Of a stretch of DNA of 64,000 nt, positions 57,531 to 64,000 are shown piece after piece; within the stretch, counting starts at the first letter, position 1; each line of letters starts with the position of its first letter. The notes beneath the pieces are model-generated. The model was not told the DNA's origin. It saw only the letters and a program-made list of their open reading frames with translations, and did not search any database. The translations under genes were made by a program, and so were the position numbers. Source of the DNA: a bacterium (GTDB lineage Bacteria > Patescibacteriota > Minisyncoccia > Phycocordibacterales > UBA2100); NCBI GenBank assembly GCA_030674455.1, contig JAUSGQ010000029.1, positions 6,625-70,624 on the forward strand, read 5' to 3'.

Positions 57531-57688
57531 GGGAAATGGGAGAAAGGAATAACGGGTTTCGTAAAGATGCTCCCTGTTTGTCCACGCATTGCGTGGCTAC
57601 AAACAGCAGGTCTATCGGTTCATGATAGACACCTGTAGACGGCCCGCAGGGCATGTACTGCGGGTAAGATTTGTGGGATGATTTGTCT

Positions 57689-59131
57689 ATGATTCCTCCC
57701 GAAAAAGTGACTCTATTGGAAAGTCTGGTATTTGGGCAGCGAGTGGCTGAAGAAGAGCCCCGTCTGGAGGAGTACTTTGTTGAAACTTTGCTTTGGCGAA
57801 AGATTTTGCGTGGGGAAATAGACATCGTGTACGGAATGAAAGGGTCCGGAAAAAGCGCAATTTTCCATCTTCTGACAACTGGTCGAAATATGCCCGCTGG
57901 CATCAGGGTAATTCCTGCGGAGTATACTCGTGGAACGCCGGTTTTTAATGCAATAAAAACCGATCCACCTCCATCAGAAGTTCAGTTTGTGTATCTCTGG
58001 AAGCTGTATGTACTTTCACTTATTGCGAACGACGCCGAGATATTGAAAGTTCTCAAAAGCGATCACGCAGAACTTGTAGCAGAACTAGGTTCGGTGGGTG
58101 TAATTGGTGAGGATAAGGGTGAAATTCTAAAAAAAGCTCTACGGTATGTAGATACCATAAAAATACCCAATCTCGTCGAAGTGGGAATTAGTCACTCACA
58201 GGAGGCAGAGGACAAAAGAATAAATGTAGATCGAGCGATGGACGTACTTAATCATATTTTATCAAAAACAGGAAGTAACGTGTGGGTCTTGTTCGATCGA
58301 CTGGACTCGGTGTTTGATGATAACTCAGGTCTTGAAGAAAACGCACTCCGGGCATTATTTAAGACCTACAGAGATTTCTCAAGATACGATCATATATGTC
58401 TCAAGATATTTCTTCGTACCGATATCTGGAAAGCATTAACCAGTAAGGGATTTCGGGAGGCAAGTCACATAACGCAATCCGAAACAATTGAGTGGTCGGA
58501 GGTAAACATCGTAAACCTCATTGTCAGGCGCATTCTTAGCAATCCAAATATTGCCACTTTTTACCATGTTGTGCCAGAGCAAGTATTGGCCAATTATGAC
58601 GAACAGAAGAAGCTCTTTTATAGAATATTTCCAGATCAAATTGACGCAGGTTCAAGAAAGTCGGAAACCATAAGATGGTTGATGACGCGGGTGGGGGATG
58701 GAACACGACAGGTTGCACCTCGCGAACTCATTCATCTCTTAAATCAGTCGAAAGATGAGCAAATCAAAGCGTTGGAGCTTGGTGAATCTGTACCTGATGG
58801 AGAACATCTCTTTTCACCAGCAGCTATGAAAAGAGCATTGCCCGCAGTATCTCAAGTTCGTCTGGAACAAACTATCTTTGCTGAATACCCCAATTTGAGA
58901 CAGCACATTCTCATGCTGGAGAGCGAGAAAGCAACACAAACTCTCGAAACATTATCGAAAATCTGGAACGTGGATGAAGGGGAAACACTTAAAATTGCGT
59001 CAACCCTAGTTGAGATTGGTTTCTTTGAGCTACGTGGAGAAAAGAGAAAGCCGGAGTATTGGGTACCCTTCCTCTATCGGCCTCATTTAAAATTGATTCA
59101 GGGCAAAGCGGAGGAGGATGAATATGCTTAA
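57689..59131 (+). CDS. P-loop ATPase (FunZ/Sll1717-like)
   Basis: FG..VAE.E, Walker A YGMKGSGKS, Walker B WVLFDRLD, KIFLRTDIW, PRELI. Confidence 0.75.
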   Translation: MIPPEKVTLLESLVFGQRVAEEEPRLEEYFVETLLWRKILRGEIDIVYGMKGSGKSAIFHLLTTGRNMPAGIRVIPAEYTRGTPVFNAIKTDPPPSEVQFVYLWKLYVLSLIANDAEILKVLKSDHAELVAELGSVGVIGEDKGEILKKALRYVDTIKIPNLVEVGISHSQEAEDKRINVDRAMDVLNHILSKTGSNVWVLFDRLDSVFDDNSGLEENALRALFKTYRDFSRYDHICLKIFLRTDIWKALTSKGFREASHITQSETIEWSEVNIVNLIVRRILSNPNIATFYHVVPEQVLANYDEQKKLFYRIFPDQIDAGSRKSETIRWLMTRVGDGTRQVAPRELIHLLNQSKDEQIKALELGESVPDGEHLFSPAAMKRALPAVSQVRLEQTIFAEYPNLRQHILMLESEKATQTLETLSKIWNVDEGETLKIASTLVEIGFFELRGEKRKPEYWVPFLYRPHLKLIQGKAEEDEYA

Positions 59132-59160
59132 AGCCATTTTGTTGCGGTATTGCAAACTCT

Positions 59161-59298
59161 CTGTCCAAAGTTCTTCTTGACGCGCATCATAAGCTTGATT
59201 GGGCAGTTGACGCCTGCTATGGCAAAAGAAATTTCAAATCTGAACCGGAGCGATTGGAGTTTTTGTTTGATTTATACAAGAAACTAACAAACGTATGA
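59161..59298 (+). pseudogene. C-terminal remnant of an MmeI-like type IIL restriction-modification gene
   Basis: Manual translation KVLLDAHHKLDWAVDACYGKRNFKSEPERLEFLFDLYKKLTNV*; no clear start; stop overlaps the next ATG. Confidence 0.65.
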
Positions 59299-60008
59299 AT
59301 ATAATCAATGAGGATAAAGAGCTTGCGGAGAGGGCGATGATTTGGGTTAAGCAGAATCAAAGACAGATTGTTGAAGATTTTGCTGGAAAGTTTCTTCCTG
59401 CTCCGGAACAAGCCGTATCAATCTTCATGGCAGGTTCACCGGGGGCCGGTAAAACTGAGTTCTCTCGACGCTTAATCGAAAAACAATTCGGCGCAGAGAA
59501 CAAATATATTATGCGTATTGATGCAGATGAAATTCGTTCGAAACTACCGTGTTATGTGGCAGGCAAATCGCATATTTTTCAACCTGCTGTTTCCGTTGCG
59601 GTTGAAAAGATACACGATCACGCCTTAGGCACGGGTAAAAGTTTCGTCTTGGATGGGACACTTACCAACCTAAAGAAGGCGCGCGACAATATTAAAAGGT
59701 CTCTTGAGAAGTCTCGGGTGGCATTCATCGAATATATCTATCAGGACCCCATCGTTGCGTGGGATTTCACCCAAAAAAGGGAGGCAGTGGAGGGTAGAAA
59801 TATTCCGCGGGATGCGTTCATAGACCAGTTCTTCCTTGCCAGAGAGAATGCTACAATTCTGAAGAGAGAGTTTGGGAAAGATATCACTCTCGACGTCGTC
59901 ACAAGGAACATCAGTACTAATGAGTACAAGTATTGGTTTAACGTTGACAATGTTGACAGCTGTATAAAAGATGAGTATAGTAAGGACCAGCTTTTAAAGA
60001 ATTTATGA
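59295..60008 (+). CDS. Zeta-toxin family P-loop kinase
   Basis: FMAGSPGAGKTE, RIDADEIR, SFVLDGT, YQDP..AW.F...RE..EGR.IP. Confidence 0.85.
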   Translation: MNIINEDKELAERAMIWVKQNQRQIVEDFAGKFLPAPEQAVSIFMAGSPGAGKTEFSRRLIEKQFGAENKYIMRIDADEIRSKLPCYVAGKSHIFQPAVSVAVEKIHDHALGTGKSFVLDGTLTNLKKARDNIKRSLEKSRVAFIEYIYQDPIVAWDFTQKREAVEGRNIPRDAFIDQFFLARENATILKREFGKDITLDVVTRNISTNEYKYWFNVDNVDSCIKDEYSKDQLLKNL

Positions 60009-60238
60009 AAGACTTTATTTACATTATCAAGTCTCTTTTCAAAAGAGAGGAGATAAAGATGCTTCCCAAGGTAAACCATAAAGAGGAAGTAACTGACCCC
60101 GTGTATCACTTTTTTGTGCATGGAAAAGCAATCGAAAGAAAGCGTGTATACGATAAGGCTCTTAAGGCTGCAGAAGCAGACCAAAAGGAAATCATTCGGA
60201 AATACAAATTACTTGAAAAGGATTTAGCGTCTGCGTAG
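60005..60238 (+). CDS. Small basic protein translationally coupled to the zeta-like gene (candidate partner)
   Basis: ATGA overlap; 77 aa, helical. Confidence 0.65.
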   Translation: MKDFIYIIKSLFKREEIKMLPKVNHKEEVTDPVYHFFVHGKAIERKRVYDKALKAAEADQKEIIRKYKLLEKDLASA

Positions 60239-60446
60239 CCGCCCAGTGTCCGGCGATATTCTCAATTGCTGCCACTGCGTCCGTCTTGAGAATTGGTCGA
60301 CGAGGTGGGCGTCGGCACTTGTAGACAGGCCGTCTACAGGCGAATCAGTAGATTTCGTAGCTTGGCCTGCCTATCTCAACCCCATAGGCCACGATTTTCC
60401 ACAGTCTTCAAGATTGCACAAAAATACTGTGTGATATAGTGCGGTC

Positions 60447-62975
60447 GTGTCAGCACAAAAACCCACCCGTCCACAGGCGAATCAGCAGATTTCGTGGCTT
60501 GGCCTGCCGATATCTGTCCTATCGGCCACTGCGAAAAAGCATGCGGGAGTGCGCCGCGTAATCAGGATGGAAGAGGCCGGCATCGGAGACGTGCGGCGCG
60601 TGGGAGGGAAAAATGCATCTCTCGGCGAGATGATTCAGGAGCTTTCTTCGCAAGGCATTCGCGTGCCGACGGGGTTCATAATCACTACCGACGGTTATCG
60701 CTCGTTCATAGAAGAAGCGGGGTTGACGCCGTTTATTAAGACGACGCTCAAGAATGTAAGCGCGAAGAACCTCGATGTTCTTGAGAAGTCGTGCCAAAAA
60801 GTACGGCACGCGATCGAGAAGGCAGACATTCCTATCTCGCTTCAGAATGAGATTACGGAAGCGTATGCGGAAATGGAGAAGCAGTATGGAAATAATATCG
60901 ACGTGGCCATCCGCTCAAGCGCCACGGCCGAAGACCTTCCGGGCGCCAGCTTTGCCGGCGGGTACGAAACATATCTTGGCATTCGCGGGAAGAACGATGT
61001 CTTGAAGGCCGTCAAATCATCGTTCGCATCGCTTTTCACCGCGCGCGCTGTCTCGTACAGAATAGATAAAAAGTTCGACCATTTCGCAATAGCGCTCTCA
61101 GTCGCAATTCAGCGGATGGTGCGCACAGACATGGGCGCCTCCGGCGTCATGTTTACTATCGATACGGAAACAGGTTTTGAAGACGTCATCATTATCAACG
61201 GTGCTTACGGATTGGGTGAAATGGTCGTGCAAGGGCACGTCATACCGGATGAATACCTGGTCGCAAAGCATCGCCTGCACCACGCGCCGGCTCCCATCAT
61301 CGGCAAAAAGCTCGGAGCGAAGAGCTCGAAGATGGTCTATGGCCCAAAGGGAGGCATTAAGCCTGTGAAGGTGGTTAAGACGAACGCGAAAGACAGAGCG
61401 AAGTTCGTCCTCAATGACGAGCAAATACTGATGCTCGCGCACTGGGCCGAGATAATTGAAAAGCACTACACGAAAAAGCGCGGCACGAAGAGCCCGATGG
61501 ATATTGAATGGGGGCTCGACGGGAGAACGAACGAACTGTTCGTTTTGCAGGCGCGGCCGGAAACTGTCCAAGTCTCAAAAGACCGCGGAAAGCTAAAAGA
61601 ATATATTTTGAGAGAAGAGGGAACGTTGCTTGCCAAAGGATTTTCTGTCGGCAATAAAATTGTCACCGGCAAAGCACGCGTCATTGGAAGTTTGCGCGAC
61701 ATGAGCACGCTGCTTCCCGGCGAAGTACTAATCACCGAAATGACAGACCCGGATTGGGAGCCCATCATGAAAAAAGCCGCCGCAATCGTTACCGACAAGG
61801 GCGGGCGAACATCGCATGCGGCAATCGTGAGCCGCGAACTGGGCCTTTCGGCTGTGGTTGGCGCGGAGCCTGTCACGAGGCACATAAAGACCGGACAAAT
61901 GGTTACGGTAGATACTACTGGAAGCGAGGGGAGGATTTACGCGGGCGCGCTGAAATTTGAAGTTCGGGAAACAAATGTTGCAAGCATTCCCAAGACGCGG
62001 ACAAAGATAACGATGAACATCGCCACGCCGGACACGGCGTTCGAAAAATCATTCCTGCCGAATAGCGGCGTAGGGCTTGCCAGAGAAGAATTCGTTATCG
62101 CCGCATCTGTCGGCGTCCACCCCTTGGCACTCTTGCACTACAAAGAGCTTGAACCGAAGATGCAGAAAAAGGTTGATGCCATTACGCGCGGCTGGGAAGA
62201 CAGGAGCGCGTATTATGTCGACAACCTCGCGTTCGGCATCGCAAAAATCGCCGCCGCCTTTTATCCGAAGCAGGTGATCGTGCGATTCTCCGATTTTAAG
62301 AGCAACGAGTACCGCTCGCTCCTTGGCGGAGATCTGTTTGAGCCGCATGAAGAAAATCCGATGTTGGGCTGGCGGGGCGCGTCGCGCTACTATGACCCGA
62401 AATTCCGCGAAGCATTTCTTTTGGAATGCCGCGCGATGCACAAAGTAAGAGTCTCCATGGGATTGGACAATGCGATACCGATGATCCCATTCTGCCGGAC
62501 TCTTGAGGAGGGGCGAAAGGTACTGGAAACAATGAAAGACGGGGGGTTATTCCCCAATCTGCTTCCGCACGAAGAGGAAACGGATGCATCGGTTACGCCC
62601 GTTATCGTCATGTGCGAGGTGCCGTCGAATGCGATTCTTGCCGAGGAGTTCTTGGAGATTTTTGACGGCATGTCTATCGGCTCAAATGATTTGACCCAGC
62701 TCACGCTCGGTCTTGACCGCGACTCGGGAATCGTGAACAGAGTGGCAGACGAGAACGATCCGGCAGTAAAGAAATTAATTTCGCAGGTTATTGCCGTTTG
62801 CAGAAAGAAGAAGAAATACGTCGGCATTTGCGGGCAAGGGCCGTCGGACCATCCGGCCTTTGCGAAATTCCTCGTTGAACAGGGAATTGAAAGCATGTCT
62901 TTGAATCCTGATTCTGTAATCAAGACAACGATAGCCGTGGCAAAAATTGAGGCGAAGATGCACAAAAGCCGGTAG
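60447..62975 (+). CDS. ppsA: Phosphoenolpyruvate synthase
   Basis: VGGKNASLGEM, RSSATAEDLP, DIEW, QARPETV, GGRTSHAAIVSRE, EENPMLGWRG, SIGSNDLTQ, GICGQ. Confidence 0.96.
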   Translation: MSAQKPTRPQANQQISWLGLPISVLSATAKKHAGVRRVIRMEEAGIGDVRRVGGKNASLGEMIQELSSQGIRVPTGFIITTDGYRSFIEEAGLTPFIKTTLKNVSAKNLDVLEKSCQKVRHAIEKADIPISLQNEITEAYAEMEKQYGNNIDVAIRSSATAEDLPGASFAGGYETYLGIRGKNDVLKAVKSSFASLFTARAVSYRIDKKFDHFAIALSVAIQRMVRTDMGASGVMFTIDTETGFEDVIIINGAYGLGEMVVQGHVIPDEYLVAKHRLHHAPAPIIGKKLGAKSSKMVYGPKGGIKPVKVVKTNAKDRAKFVLNDEQILMLAHWAEIIEKHYTKKRGTKSPMDIEWGLDGRTNELFVLQARPETVQVSKDRGKLKEYILREEGTLLAKGFSVGNKIVTGKARVIGSLRDMSTLLPGEVLITEMTDPDWEPIMKKAAAIVTDKGGRTSHAAIVSRELGLSAVVGAEPVTRHIKTGQMVTVDTTGSEGRIYAGALKFEVRETNVASIPKTRTKITMNIATPDTAFEKSFLPNSGVGLAREEFVIAASVGVHPLALLHYKELEPKMQKKVDAITRGWEDRSAYYVDNLAFGIAKIAAAFYPKQVIVRFSDFKSNEYRSLLGGDLFEPHEENPMLGWRGASRYYDPKFREAFLLECRAMHKVRVSMGLDNAIPMIPFCRTLEEGRKVLETMKDGGLFPNLLPHEEETDASVTPVIVMCEVPSNAILAEEFLEIFDGMSIGSNDLTQLTLGLDRDSGIVNRVADENDPAVKKLISQVIAVCRKKKKYVGICGQGPSDHPAFAKFLVEQGIESMSLNPDSVIKTTIAVAKIEAKMHKSR

Positions 62976-63001
62976 CCTGTAGCTAGCAGCTTGTAGCCAA
63001 A

Positions 63002-64000
63002 ATGCAAAACGAGAAACATGCAATTCGGCCGGTCGCACTGATAATTCTGGACGGATGGGGACATCGCGAAGAATCACAACACAACGCTATCTTTCACGCC
63101 AAGATTCCTCATTACGACGCGATGTGGAAGCACTATCCGCACACGACGCTCCTTGCGAGCGAGGGAGGGGTCGGACTTCCGGAAGGGCAGATAGGCAACA
63201 GCGAAGTCGGCCATATGACCATAGGTGCAGGAACGATAATAGACACCAGTCTCGTCCGTATCAATAAATCAGCGCAGGAAGGAAAATTCTTGAAGAACGT
63301 GGTTTTCCAGAAGATATTCGCTCATGTCAAAAACAACGATTCCACCCTGCACGTGTTGGGACTGGTGAGCCCTGGGGGAATCCACAGCCACAGCGACCAT
63401 CTCAATGCATTTTTGGAGGCGGCCAAAGAATCCGGCGTAACAAAAGTCGCCATTCATGCGTTCACCGACGGGCGCGACACGCCGCCGCGCAGCGCTTCAA
63501 AGTACCTGCGAGAACTTGAAAATGAACTGTCCAGACTTGGGATTGGACGCATCGCAACGGTCTCCGGCAGATTCTACGCGATGGATCGCGATAACAACTG
63601 GGAGAGATTGAAGCAGTTTGAAGATGCTGCTTTTCACGCCAGCGCAATTCTGAAAAGTTCCGACAGGCCGTCGGAAGTCATAGAGCAGCAATACAAACAG
63701 GGAGCGCTTGACGAACACTTGAAGCCCATCGTTTTTCTTGATGAGCGCGGGAAAACAGAAACAATCGGAGGAAATGATGCCGTATTCCTTTTTAATTTTC
63801 GCGCCGACCGCGTGCGGGCATTTACGAAAAAGGCGCTCGAGTATGCCGAAGGAAAGAACATGCTCATTGCCACGATGACTGAATATCACCCGAAGTTTGC
63901 GGTTGAAGTCGCATTTCCTCCGTTCTCGATCGAAACTACGCTGAGTAGCGAGATTTCCAAAGCCGGTTTTTCACAAGTGCATATTGCCGAGACTGAGAAA
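63002..64000 (+). CDS. gpmI: 2,3-bisphosphoglycerate-independent phosphoglycerate mutase (3'-truncated; absent from the ORF track)
   Basis: Manual translation: LIILDGWG, VGLP.GQIGNSEVGH, GGIHSH, DGRDTPP, GRFYAMDRD, FNFRADR, IAETEK. Confidence 0.95.
   Translation, partial: MQNEKHAIRPVALIILDGWGHREESQHNAIFHAKIPHYDAMWKHYPHTTLLASEGGVGLPEGQIGNSEVGHMTIGAGTIIDTSLVRINKSAQEGKFLKNVVFQKIFAHVKNNDSTLHVLGLVSPGGIHSHSDHLNAFLEAAKESGVTKVAIHAFTDGRDTPPRSASKYLRELENELSRLGIGRIATVSGRFYAMDRDNNWERLKQFEDAAFHASAILKSSDRPSEVIEQQYKQGALDEHLKPIVFLDERGKTETIGGNDAVFLFNFRADRVRAFTKKALEYAEGKNMLIATMTEYHPKFAVEVAFPPFSIETTLSSEISKAGFSQVHIAETEK

Noticed and set aside
177-63889. Numerous antisense or overlapping ORFs in the six-frame track (e.g. 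42785-43504, 62390-63064, 37625-37987)
   Set aside because: They are shadows of well-supported genes and show no protein motifs.
1-64000. tRNA or rRNA genes
   Set aside because: No cloverleaf/T-loop signatures or rRNA-like tracts were seen in the intergenic regions.

Overview
A 64-kb bacterial chromosomal segment. It is inferred to come from a Patescibacteria/CPR (Parcubacteria-like) genome, based on the giant Thr/Ser/Gly-rich surface protein, the DUF378/DUF5679-type small genes, the PG-binding IPT protein and the leaderless-type promoters. Its housekeeping content includes a thymidylate/folate cluster (dcd, thyA, glyA, folA, CYTH), de novo purine genes (purL, Q, E, M, C, B and a half purH), mntR-mntH, glnA-amtB, a glycerate-to-pyruvate operon, argCJBD, ppsA and gpmI. 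It also carries a small decayed defence-like island. The most striking signal is a dense population of short palindromic/hairpin elements in about ten sequence families. They occur in three states. (i) They bracket small genes: three RAYT/Y1 HUH transposases, two ArsR-like wHTH genes and a four-helix-bundle gene, each with its own private repeat beside the promoter and at the stop codon. (ii) They occur as empty solo or paired copies in intergenic spaces. (iii) They are inserted in frame inside core enzymes (folA, purL x4, purQ, purC, purB, dcd, ppsA, an ATP-grasp ligase). Copies show compensatory base changes, and one is nested inside another. This looks like a multi-family system of palindrome-bounded mini-cassettes that remodels protein loops. 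All annotations were made by eye from motifs; no database searches were run.
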